From positions 6,711,779 to 6,775,778 of the forward strand of contig MU058198.1 in assembly GCA_013265495.1 (NCBI GenBank): a stretch of DNA of 64,000 nucleotides, in the 5' to 3' direction. The notes beneath the pieces are model-generated. The model did no database searches and was not told the DNA's origin. It saw only the letters and a program-made list of their open reading frames with translations. The number at the start of each line of letters is the position of its first letter. Position 1 is the first letter of the stretch. Shown here in pieces: positions 23,821-37,100 of this stretch. Source of the stretch: Vicugna vicugna. Its lineage: Eukaryota. A program made the translations under genes and the position numbers.

Positions 23821-24951
23821 CATCCCAAACCCTTCATCTCCAACTGCCTTGCTTATGTCCCAAAGCAGCTCAACTCAACACTTACAAAACCAGCCTCATT
23901 ATCAAGCCACAGCACACACCTGCTGTTCTTGTATTCCTGAACACAGACTATTCCAACTGTCTTTTGAGAACAGCCCTACCGTGTATTTATGCCCAGACAG
24001 GAGAATTTGTCACTCCTACACTCCCAGATTCAATCCATCACAGAAACTCCACAGCTTGTTACATACATCCCTCCTCTATCACTCCCTCACCTCTGATCCT
24101 AACCACCCTGGCTTTGGATGTTTTTTACTTTCTGGTTAGCTCTCTGCCTCCAATTCCATACTCTACAATGCTGCTGTTTCCCTTCTTAAAACTCGATCCA
24201 TTCATGTATTTTGTTTCCACAAGTCCAAAGCATTTAGTCTTCGTGGGATGGCCCCAGATTAAGTCTCTAGTTTAGCTTCTGCACATACTCCATACTTTAT
24301 ATCAAGCCAACCTGTCTTTTCTCCTCTCATCCTTTGCACGTGCTCCTTTTCCTTTGCCTACATCAATGCTTCTCAAATGTGGTAAAGGATCATTAAAAAA
24401 AATTCCAATCTACTGTGGATCAATACTTTTGAAAACACAATACACACAAATTAGAAAAATGATCACACGCTTAGATATCACAGCAATGGCAAAGCTTTTC
24501 AGTGCTTACTCTTAATTATAGTGCCTGTTTTGTCATGAACAGGTTAACTGTGGATCCACACTCGTCCAAGGACTATATTTCACATAGGTCTAGACTAACT
24601 CTCCCTTTTCCCTGCTTGGTGAACCACCACCCATTCACTTGCAACATCCATCATTACTGCCTCCATTGTGCTTTCCCTGCCATTTATGACGCATAGTCAC
24701 ATCCCATTCAGTATATCCACCACTTTAAAACAAAAACAAAAACAAAAAAACCCCACACCTGTTACAACTCATCATGTTATCACAATTCTGGTCAACTGTC
24801 AAAGAGCAGCAAGCTCTCGGAAGTCAAGAAAATGTACAAGTCATCTCTGCATCTTGAGCCTTGTGTCTGTCATACAGTAGAAAGCTTAGAAATATAATTA
24901 ACAAATAAATGTGTCTAACACAGCAGGAACTGTAACAACTCTAAATATACC

Positions 24952-24957
24952 TTTAAT
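24952..24957 (-). terminator. EIF3C poly(A) signal (ATTAAA)
   Basis: ATTAAA about 67 nt after the stop, followed by GT/T-rich downstream sequence. Confidence 0.6.
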
Positions 24958-25023
24958 GTCTAGGATCTGGCTTAGGACCTAAAGGTTGAATGGTCTAGGG
25001 CACTGGGGACAGAAGTGAAGCAA

Positions 25024-25106
25024 TCAGTAGGCCGTCTGAGACTGCTGTTGGCGGTAGCCACCGCGGCGCATGTAGCCCTCGTTTTTGCGGTAGCCATCCT
25101 TCTGGT
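25024..25106 (-). CDS. EIF3C: EIF3C last coding exon
   Basis: [27 protein letters not shown] then TGA. Confidence 0.95.
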
Positions 25107-28100
25107 CTGCAGGAGAGAAATAGGAAGAGGTGGAGGAGGATACCAGGGGAGAGACAGTAAGGGGGCTAGGACTCTGGGAGAACAGAGGGGATGGAACCAC
25201 TCACCTCGGAAGTAGCCACCGTAGGTGCCCTGCTTGTGGTCAAACACCCGCTCATTATTTTCTACCAGGCTGCCCAGCTTCTCAGCCAGCTGCAGAGCCA
25301 GGTTCTGCTGGGCAGTGGGCTCAGTGCGGTGCATCACCACTGTCTGTGTTGGCTGGTCTAGGGAGGCCTGAGGGGAGGGAGAAGAACAGATGTGACACAG
25401 ATCAGACCTCTCTACTCCAAACTCTCCAGGAATCCACCTGCCCATTTGCCACCTGGGCCCTTACCATCAACTCCTCGTTAATGATCATCTTGCTGATGAT
25501 GGAGTGCACAGTGGGCAGGTCCAGTTCAAACATGTCAGACAGGGTCTCCATGCTAGGGAGAAAAAAGATCGAGAGCAGGGAGCAATTAGGACCTTTGACC
25601 ACCAAGCTGGGGCTTCTGTGCCTCCTCAGGGCCCATCCTACCTGATGGAGTCATAGACACTGCTGTAGGTGAAGAGGTAGGTCCGCAGTGACTCTTCCTG
25701 GATCTTCCTGTTGGGAGAAAGGGGGATCTTCAGGGAAGGAGACCAACCAGTCTTTCTTCCCCACCCACCAGGGTCTCACACTCTGCTCACCTAACCAGCA
25801 TGGTTCGGACTTTGTCGGCCTCTGGGAAAAGGTCCCACACTTTGCCATTCATCTTCTCGTTGATGATAAAACTGTGGCAGGTCTTCCAGTCGCCCATCTT
25901 CATGGCCTTGGAGGCAGCAACCACATGTTCCCTCATGGACTCAGGGGGACCTGAAAGGTTGGGAATGAGGCAGGGCGGAGGGAAACTTGGGATGAGGGTT
26001 CTGGCCCCCACAAGCACTGTTTAAGGAAGAACGCAGGCCAGGAGAGCAAACAATCAGACTGAGGCTCTCCAAGCTCTCCAATAAACAGCCATGTGACTTT
26101 ACAAGTCACTTAATATCAGAATAAATTTATTTAGATTTAGACTAAATCAGCCCATGATGTGCCTCAGGGGATTGGTGAGTTCCTCAAAAAGACTGACAAA
26201 TTGCGGTGTGTACTCTTATGTACATCTTCCTAGGGAAGGGTCCCTAGTTTTTATCAGATTCTTATAAGGTTTCTTGACTTAAAAAAATGTCCAAACATCT
26301 CCACTGTTCTCTACTTTGGGCTCCACTGCAGGCAGTAACAGAGAGGCAGGGAAGGTGAACCAGAAAGCCTGAAGAGATGCTAGACATACAGATTTTCACT
26401 GGAAAACTTCTGATTAAAAAAAAATAAAGCGTCACTTCATAGTCTCAGGAAAACTTGCCCTAAGTGTACTTAAAATGACCACACACACAACCAGTAGAGG
26501 GAAAATCTGTAAAGTGGATGTGGCTGTGGACAGTAAGCTTGGCTCACTTGCCAAGTCCTCCCATGCACCAGCCTCATAGGAAGGGCACAATTCAAATTCC
26601 TTTCCCAGTGAAACCACAACTCACTCAACCTCTGGACTGAGTGATCAGATCTTTCAAAAGTGATCAAAGGAGCCAGTATCAGATTCTTGAATGCTAAGGG
26701 CCTAGATGGTTAGCTGAAAAATAATGTACAGGAAAGAGGAAAAGGTTAGAGAGGCACATTATCAGCTGAGTTAACCCTTGGGTAAATCACTTACTTCTGG
26801 GTAATAACAGTATCTACATCACAGGATTATTACTAACAAAGAACAAATGAATTAATATTTATAAAACACTTATAACAGTGCCAGGCAGAAAAAAGTACTA
26901 TGTAAGTTTATACTAGATAAAAAATGTTGCTGGAATCAGGCAGTGGAGAGTTTAAGTTGGTGACTAAGGAGCCTGGGCTTTATTTTGGAGCCAATGAAGA
27001 ATTTATGAAGGTGCTGGGTGTATATAACACCACACATTTGGTAGAAAGATAGTGCTGGCAAGTACAGACTGAAGGGAGAATAACAGGAAACAAGGAGCTT
27101 AACTTGGAGACAATGTGTCCTAAACAAAGAGCCTAAGGAGACTAATGAGTAAAAGGATGCTTTTAGGTTATACATGGAGACACCATTAAACCAAATGGAA
27201 TCATCTTGTGGGAAAGTTGCTCCCTTTAGCTTCTTAAATTCTTTGAGTAAAAGTAACCAAGGAACAAACAAGCAAAGTCATTACAGAGCCCTACACTCAC
27301 CCAGCAAGGGCTGTCGCTCGCCCACCCGCAACTGGTGATGGAACTGCTTGCTGATCATGCGTCGGCGGGCATCGCTCTCGTGGGCGGCCATGTAGGGGAT
27401 CTCTAGGAGCATGGCTGACACCAGGTAAACACACTCTAGCAGCTCCAGGTTTATGTGCAGGTGGAAGGGCACCTGCCGACGCCGCTCCACCTTCTCCTGC
27501 TCCTGGTTGCGCTCCTGCAGGCTACGCAGCAGCAGACCCTGGCCCAGAAGCTCCTTGGCCCGGCCGCTTGATTGGATGTCCAGCAGGGCGTTGTGAGCAT
27601 CTTTGGTCAGGCCCTGGCGGAAGGCACAGATGCCCAGCTGCACCATGGTGCGGTTGTACAGGATCTAGGAGCAAAGGCAATGCACTTAGAGGTGACAGCC
27701 ACAAGGCAAGTCTTTTATTTATCCAACAAATAGACATTAAGCACCAGGCTATGGACTGGGACAGAGAACAAAATAGACCAAATCCCTCCACTTCCATGGA
27801 ACTTACATTCTAGGGACAGGGGTGTGGAGGACAAAACCACCACAAAATGCAGGTGGTGACTCATGCTAAGGAGAAAAGTAGAGCAGAAGAGGAAGTTAAG
27901 AAAGGAGTTTGTGGCAGTGGTAGTGGTGGGAACTCACAGTTTCATGTAGTATAACTAAGGAAGGCCTCATTTTGAAGGGGATGATTAAATATAAAGACCT
28001 AATATGAAAAGAAAGAAAGTCATGTAGGTATGTAGGGGGATGAGGATATTCTAGAAAAAAGAGAAAGTAAATGCAAACGCCCTGGGGAAGAACTGTGCCA

Positions 28101-31100
28101 GACATAACTGTGAAGTGCGACATGGCTTGAGCTTGTAAAAGATGTGACCAGAAACTGGAGACTGGGCAAGCCCAGGGCCTTGTAAGCTGTGTTAAGGATT
28201 TTAAGATGGGAAACCACAGGAAAGTTTTAAGCAAGTAAGTGATATAATTTGACTTTATTAATAGGGTTACTCTGGCCGCTGTATTAAGAACAGCCTGAAG
28301 AGATGTAAGGGCAGAAGAGAGACAGACAAGAAAGATGATGGTGGCTTAGACCAGAGGGTAGCAGTAGAAGTGATAAGTGATCAGATATGGATTTTAAACA
28401 CAAATGGGTGGGTAATCAGATGTGGTATACGAGAGAAAAATGAGCATCAAAGATGACTCGAAGGCTTTTGGCTTAGGCAACTGTAAATATGGACTTGCCA
28501 ATAATTAAGACAGGGCAGACTGTAAGTATTACAGATGAGAGTGGGGAAACTAAGTCTTTATTCACAACAAACATACAGAGATCAATATCAGTCATGAAAT
28601 TAGACACAAAGAGCCTTAAAAAATATTAGCAAACAAAATCCAGCAATGTATCAGAGAGATAATATAGCATGGCCAAGTAGTATATATCTCAGGGATGATG
28701 GCTGGTATAAAAATCTAAAATCAGTTATTCACCACAGGAACAGAGTAAAGGAGAAATAACTGTTATTTCAATAGATGCAGAAAAAAATTTTGACAAAATT
28801 CAACATCTATTTAGGACAAACATTCTCAGCCAACTAGGATCAGAAGAGAACTTCAACAAGCTGAGAAAGTGTTATCTATGAAAACACTACAGCTTACATT
28901 ATACTTAATTGTGAAAGGTACATTGCTTCACTTCCAAGACTGGGAACAAGGCATGATGTCTGCTCTCACCACTTCTACTCAGCACTAAGTACCATAGATT
29001 TGAGTCATTACAGTACAGCAAGAAAGAAAGAAAAAAGAGAAAAAAGATTGGTATAGTAAATAAAACTGTCTCTATATGCAGATGACATGATTATTCCAGT
29101 TAAAAATCTTAAGGAATCTTTAAAATACTAAACCAAATATTTTAGGTGATCTTGGGGGACTGGTTCTAGGAACCCCCCCATGGATACCCAAATCTGCAGA
29201 TGCTCAAGTCTCTTATATAAAATGGCATAGTATTTGCATAAAACTCTAGGGAAGGATGTGCTGAAAGTTAAAAGTCATCTCTTGATTACCCATAATACTG
29301 TATACAACATAAATGCTATGTAAATAGTTACCAGCCAAGGCAGATTCAAGTTCTGCCTTTTGGAACTTTCTGGAAGACCCCATCCCAAATATTTTCAATC
29401 TGCGGTTGGTTGAATCCACAGACATGAAGGACCGGACTGTAAGTGAATTTAGCAGGACTCAAGGCCAATATACAAAATTCAATTGTATTTTTAAATACTG
29501 GTAGTTAACAATTAGAAAATGAAATTTTTAAAAAATTGCATTTACAATAGCATCAAAAATCATATAATTTTCAGGAGTAATTTTTTAAAAGATGTGTAAT
29601 ACCTCTGCAGTGAAAACCATAAAACTATATACTGAAGAAATTAAATGAAGAGATAACATGTAAGACTGAAATACAATCAGTTACAAGGTCACATGATTTT
29701 TCATGTGGTTTTCCAAAGGTACCAAAGCAATACAAGGGGGAAAGAACATCTTTAACTCTGACATCACACCATGTGCAAACATCATAAATCTAAATGTGAA
29801 AGACAAAACCCTAAGAACTTACAAAAACTAAAAATAAAAAAAGAGTATCTTTATGAATTTCAAGCAGGCAAAGGTTTCTTTAGACAAGATCGAGAAAATA
29901 ATAACCATAAGAGAAAAAACTGGTAAACTGGACTACATCAAACACATGGTTAACAAAATGAACACGCAAACCACAGCCTGGAGAAAAAATCTGGAAAACG
30001 TTTATCTGACAAAGGACTGGTATCCAGGATATACAAAGAATTCCTACAACTCAATAATAAAACGATGAACAATCTAACTTTTAAAAAGGGGGGCAAAAGT
30101 TGACACTTCATGAAAGAAGATATATGAAGGGCCAATAAACATTAAAAAGTGGTCACTTTCTATAGTTACCAGGGAAATACAAACTAATGCCACAATGAAG
30201 TACCATTAGACAACCACCAATATGGCTAAAATTAGGAAGACCAACAACACTAAATAGTGACAAGCAACATTCACACATTATTGGCAGGAGTGTAAAATGG
30301 TACAACCACTTCTACGTTTCTTATAAAACTAGCCGTACACCTACACTATGATGCAGGAATTCCACTCTTCAGATGTACTCAAGAGAAAACATACATCCAC
30401 ACAGACTTAAACATAAGTGGTCACAACAGCTTCATTTATGATAGCCCCAAACTGGTATCTTACATGGTATCTAATCAAGAGGAAACCCATTCAAGAAAAC
30501 TTGGGATAAACTGATACAATGGAACAAAAGAGAACAGGAGTACTATTCAAAAAACACCACCAGACAGCCTCACCATGTTTTACACATAAATACCTTATAA
30601 TTGTTTAAACATACATTCACAGGATCTAAAGTTAGACACAGCTTTAAACACTCCTATGTGAAAATGTCCTCAAAATACTGCCATACACAAAATTGTGTTA
30701 TGTCCCAATACACCACACTGCATTTGGGTTCCTGTCTGTCTTCTCAGTTTAACCACCTCTTAAGGGTTTTTTCATCTTTTTAAATAAGATCATTTCCTAC
30801 TGTTTCAAACCAGACACACAGTAGGTATAATAAATGTTAGTTGAACCCAAAGCCCTAGCCCAGGGAACTCTATGTTAACATGCAGGAGGATCAAAGAATG
30901 CTGGCATCTGGGAAGGACCAAGTGTCTCCTTATATCTGCTTTAGCCAGACAGATGACTAATCTGATTAAGTCACTTTGCTTGAATAGAGAGAGGACAGGG
31001 GCCTGCCCTGATCTTAGATACCAGGGCCAGAGCGCCTCCTTCCCATTCTACCTGTACTGGCGGGTCCGCGTGCTGAATGTTGTCCTGTAGGTGGCTCATG

Positions 31101-34100
31101 AGCATGAGGTCACGGGCCTGGTACCAGCGCGAGTGCAGAGCATGATGGTAGATGTGGCAGAGGATAGCACACGTGCGGATTCGGTCTGTACGGTCCTTGG
31201 CATAGATGTACTTGCACAGTCTCTCCATAAGCACAGCTGAGTCCTCCCCCTCATTTTCCGCCTGGTCTTGCTCAGACTGGAGAAGCAGGGGGAAGGGGGG
31301 AGATATTGCTGAAGGAGGGGATATGGCAAAGACAATGGTTCTAAATGGCTCAGGCTTCCACCACCAAAGATTAGACTCCATCCAGCCTCCTAGTCCCACC
31401 AGGTTTTCCTCCCTGCTCCACCAAAAGCCACTCCCCAGAGAACAAGAGATCTGCCATCAAGTCCTGACAGACATCCAGAGCTGACTTTCATATCCCTCTC
31501 CCTCCAACATGGTGGCCAAGCACTCACCTTCGAGGAGCCCTCAGGGGGGGTAAGCTGCCGCTGATGGGCCTTGTAATCAAACTTGTAATAGGTGTGGAGG
31601 ATGCGCCTCAAGTAGATGCGACAGATCTCTTCAGTGGTGCCCTTCTCCTCCAGGTAGCGCTGCACACGCTCAATGATGGCGCACACCTGCGCCTCGTCCT
31701 TCAGGTGCTCGACATACTCTGGGGAGAGCACCCATCCTCATCTTAGCCAGGCACCCAGGCCTCCCCAATCACCTTTCCCTAATCAATCCAGTTACCTCTT
31801 GTGTTTTCTGCACCCATGAGAAGAGTATTCACCATGCCCTAAAAACACCATCCTTTCCTGGGACATGTCAAGTTCACTTTCCATTCCCTGTCAGGCACTC
31901 TCTTCCGCTAATTCCTCCCCTAATTAACTCCTCCTACAGATGCTTTCATCAACCATCATCTAAAGCAGCCACTACTCCAGTCATCCTCTGTCACAGGTCC
32001 CTATTTGAATTTCTAGTTCACACTTTACATTATCTACAATCACCTCATTCATTTATTTCTCCTGCACCGAAATGTAAGCTCCATGAGCACGAAGGCTGTT
32101 TTGTTCATCATTACACCCCTGACTCCATGGGCACACATGGACACTCATATTTTACTGTGTAAATATCCTGTATTTCTCCCATCCCAATGCCTCTGATCCA
32201 AGCTAAACAAGCCAAGTAGACAGAGGTCATACCCCAACAGTTCTCAAAGTAGCAGATAGCAGCATCACCTAGAAACATGTCAGAAATGCAAAATTTGGGG
32301 CCCCACCCAGATCTATTGAATCAGAAGCTATGGAAGTGGGGCCCAGTATCTTAAAGGCCCTGAGGTGTGACTGCTGGGGTTAAGGATGGGCTGGCTTTCC
32401 AAATATCCTCATTTAGTATTATCCTTCATTTTAATCCCTGCATTTTTCCTCTCACTGATGCCCATACTTGCTCAGACTCACCTTGGGAGTGAGGGTCAGT
32501 ATTTTGCATTATTTTGGTAAATTCTTCATCCATTCGTTCCACTAGAGTTAGGATACAGCCACGGACACGCAGAGGCTGAAGAGAAGGCAAAGGAGTAAAT
32601 AAATTAGCCAAATTTCACTCCTAGACTTCACTCTTTCTGAGTCCAATGAGTCTTCTCAGCTCCAATGAGCCTGCCAATTCCCTTCTTTACCTGGTCAGCA
32701 TTATGCAGGTTCTCACCCTCCTCCAGAATGTTCTCTCCAACAAAGATGTTGGGGTTTGCAAACAGTATGTCCATCAGCTCATTGATGCAGTCCAGGCACT
32801 TCTGCCACATCTCGGGCTGCCAAGAGATTGGATGGCAGTTGGAGGTGTGTAAGTGGAACAAGCAGATGCCTCCCAAGAGCCCTTCACCAGGAATCCACAG
32901 GCCTCCAACCACCAAGACTGCTTCCACAACCCCTGAATTTTAAGACACTAGGCACCTTCCTCCGACCAACCAGCTCCGCCCTGGGATGCTCGTTATTACC
33001 CTCACCTTCATGTATGTGGCCAGGTTGGGATTATAGTCATAGAGAGAGGCGATGATACTGAACTTGATCTTGACGATGACACCCTCCCCCAGGTTGTTTT
33101 CAGAAGCAATCTGGACAAGCAGCTGTAGCAGCTCAATCTGGGCTGCACTGGAGGGGTAGAGATCAGGTGAGGCATTAGACACAAACATGTCTATACAGCA
33201 CACTCTCTTCAGACAAGGAAGCCAGCCTTATTCCCAATATCCTCACTATCTGTATGCTTGCTTCTCTATTGTAGATTTCAAACATAAACAGTAATAATGC
33301 TAACAATCTATCATCCTCTTCAATCCCTGAATAACTAAAGATGATGAGCTTTATTCCCATTTTACAAATGGGAAAACAGCACCAAACGGTTGGGTGACTG
33401 ATTTAAGGTCAAAGGGAATATAAACAGAAAATGGACTGGTATTTTCCAACTGTACCGTTCCCCCTACTGCAGCGACACAGATCTTCCCAAAACAGCATTA
33501 TTTCCCTCTAACCTTCACTCTGTGTCTTAGAAAGAGCTGTCACCCTGTAATCCCACAGCCCAAGCCCATGAATCTTACCGATCAGTTCCCTTCTTGCCTC
33601 GTGCCTGTAGGATCTCATTCAGTTTCTTGATGACAACAGCATGGGTGATCTCAGTTCCCTTGGCAAACATTTTTGGTTTCTCCTAGGGAACACATACCTT
33701 ATCACATGCAGGCCAATAGGAACCCATTCTTGCCTTAATTTTTCTCCCAAATCTGACCAGGAAGGCACCTGGATGCTCTCCCAAACAGTTTCCTAATTCA
33801 CTTTAGTTCTAAAGTCCTCACCTTAACCAGGGGCACTCCACCCCGGACTCGTTCCCACTCCCCGCCTTCATTGTCCTCCTCCTCCTCATCCAGGCGCTTA
33901 GATTTCCTATCGTGCTTCTTCTTGGCTTTGTCCTCCCGTTTCTTCTCAGCTGCCTTCTTGTCCTCCTCGGTGGTGGGGGCCCTGCCAGGAGACACGAGGG
34001 AATGTGAAAGATCAGCCCCCTCTCCACCTCTGAGGCTTCTTCCAAAAACTTTCTCTTTCCCTCCACCTAGTTCTGGGTCCAAGTTATGCTGTACAAGAAT

Positions 34101-37100
34101 GACCTAGGGTTAACTGTAACCATAACCAAAGCAAGGACTACTGAGCATCTGAATCTGCCAGACTACTCACCAAGGTCTGTTACCGTATTACACCAAGAAA
34201 CTCTTATGAATGGAAGAGTATGGCTTGGTCTAATAAGATAGAGGTGCTATCCAGGCCACTGCAGAGACAGAAACAGCATGCCATTCTGTTCCATGCCTAA
34301 AACTAAAGTTTTTCCACAGAATCCATAAGCAACACAGTTCTTCTTCAATACCAGCTGCTCTGTCAAGACTAATCTTTTTATCAGCAACCGACTAATCAGT
34401 TTAAAATCAGTACTTAAAAAAAAAAATTGCAAAAAATTTTTGCTCTTCCCAGACTGGCTACTTTTCCCTGCCTTTCTTCGCTCTATTATGACAAGTGACT
34501 AATACAAATTCTGAATTTTAAAAAAAAATGTTCAATACAACAAAATGTCCCCACAAAAGAGAAAAAGATCACTGGCTATCTCAAAGTGGACTTAAGCCAC
34601 TTGATGTCTGAAACTATCTCCAGACTTTATTACTTACATAATGAAACATAAACCAAATAACAGGGACAAATTATTTCAAACTTTATAAAGCTATTAATGA
34701 AAACGTCTTTCCAGAAAGACTCAACAGATATTCAAATTACCTATAATTATCATAAACCACCGTTTAAACATTTACAAACAAATTTCATTTTAGCTGCTTA
34801 AAAGGTCTGAATATGTTTTAGTAATAGTTTATAAATTTGCCAGTTGGATTAAAATTTTCCCTTGTCAAAATGTGTATGCCATTAACTCTTGATAAAAGCT
34901 TAATGGTTTTTCCCTCTATACCAATGTAATACTCTCAAATGATAAAAACTCACTTAACAGGTCAAATCCTTTACAGATACGCAAAGTATCTTCAATGGAA
35001 ACTTCTTGGTCTACATCATCCCCAAAGCTCTGAGAAGATCACAAGACCTAATGCTACTTAAAAATCAATGCTGTCTAAATGTCAAAAAAACTTAATCTTC
35101 TGTCAGCCTAAAGTTTTACTCCTATCCCTCAGGATATTCCTCAGGATATTGTAATTCACACCTCAAAAACACGATGAGCTCTCACTATGAATTTCTAAAA
35201 CTTGGCCTGAAAGACCTAAAACTTGGCTTGACCTCTTTCCTATGACAAAGTGTACCTTGGTATATTTACAGCTTGTTAGAGATGATCAGAAAACTAATGT
35301 TTATGCTCTCAGCTATATGTCTAACAGATGCAAACTACTTTTCTAGAAGAACATGACCTCTACTTAAATACACAGCTAAGAAATGAAGACATTAAGAGAC
35401 AGCAAGAGAAGTTAGCCCTAAAACCACACTGAAAAGGACCATTCTACGCCCTCTTAACCACAACTACTGATCTAGAGCCCCCAGACATCCTAGTCCTTCC
35501 TTCAAATTCTAACAACTTGGACATCCAGTCCCACCAGAGATCTATCTTGAAGTTCACTTTAAAAAAGGCCTCCAACACAACATTGTAAACTGACTATACG
35601 TCAATTAAAAAAAAAAAAAAAAGAGCCTCCAGAAGCTGGTAACTCTTAGAAGCAGACAGCATCTCCATGAGATTCCACGGGTCCATCATATCACGTAGAC
35701 AATGTTCTCCAAAAACCTTCAGATTAGGATTCATAATCAAGACAACAAACATTCCATTATGTGTATTCCTCCTCTTTTAACTTCTTCTGAATCAGTTAAA
35801 CATTATCCAAGTTTTAAAATAAAAATCTTGGTTGCTCACTGTTGGAGGAGATCATGGAGAGGATGTGACCACTGGTTGATCCAAGAGCCAGATTCAGGCT
35901 ATTGGAGACTCCTTACTCCCTCCTCCCAACTTGGAATGTACATTGCTCACCATTCCCACCTTAGGAGCAACTTCAAGGATGCAGCCTTGGGAGAGCAACG
36001 TGTTGTAGAGACTATCCGGGCTGAGTACATGACTGAACCCTATTATATACAGACTCTACAGAAACTGTTAAGACCCCGGCGGGTGGATACGGAGATGTAC
36101 TCATCTTGAGGCACCAAACATAAGCTTCTATGTAAGCTCCCTTGCTTACTATACTTGTCACCTACCAACCTGGAGTGGTTTGCCTCCTTCTTTGGTCTCT
36201 CCTTGTCCTCCATGTATGCGGCCAGTTTCAGATTTCACCCAGGGAGCTTCCAAAGTTGCAAACCAATACTCACATTCAATTAAGAGTCTAAAGTGGTAAC
36301 TTATCAGAAGGGGTCCAAGACACTAGATTTCATGTTTGTACTTAAGAATTTCTACTCCACTACAAATTCAGGAACATGGATATGTGATTTGTAATTTACC
36401 TCTAACAAGGTCCAAGTAACAAATAATTAAAACATTTTAGCCCCAAACTAACAAATTCCTCAGCTAAGAATTATCCCTAAATAAAACTGATTTCAAATAC
36501 TGGTCAGTTGAGGCTAATAAATAAAGATGTACAATAAATAACATCCTATGGTACCTGGACACATACTTGGGAAAAAATTAATTAATTAAGAAAAAAGCCA
36601 CTTAACTAAAAGTTCACTAAACTGATTATCTTAAAAGACATTCTCCTAGATAGGCTTAGCCTGATTAGAAAATTAAATCAAATACAGGCTCTTAGGTGTT
36701 TCTTTTATCTGTGACTGTCCTCATATTTTCTGCTCAAACCCACTATTTAATATCCAGGTGCTTTAATGTTGCTAGACAACCTTATTATCCCACATCAAAG
36801 AGACTGAAGCTCTTAAGATTAAACCCATTCTTTTATGTGCTTGTTTAGACCAAAAGATGACAGATGAGAAATTCTGAAGAGGGAAAGGGAATGAACTGGC
36901 TTAATATGGAGATACTGAAAAAAGACACTGGCAGACATTATAGAGACAGCTTGTCAAGTTTCTAGAAAATCCATTAACTGAAAATAACCCTTGTTATCTT
37001 AGATAGCTAATGAGCTTACACACACACACAAATGTGCAAACAAAATTCATTGTTCCCACCACTGTCTGTGGTTTTTCCCTCTCTCCTTGTTTCTAATTGT

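Noticed and set aside
35127..35151. CCTCAGGATATT x2, and CTCCATAATTGC x2 near 13092
   Set aside because: Isolated 12-bp slippage duplications with no further structure.
35702..36109. 135-aa plus-strand ORF in an EIF3C intron
   Set aside because: Crosses the boundary into the solo LTR and shows no recognisable protein similarity.
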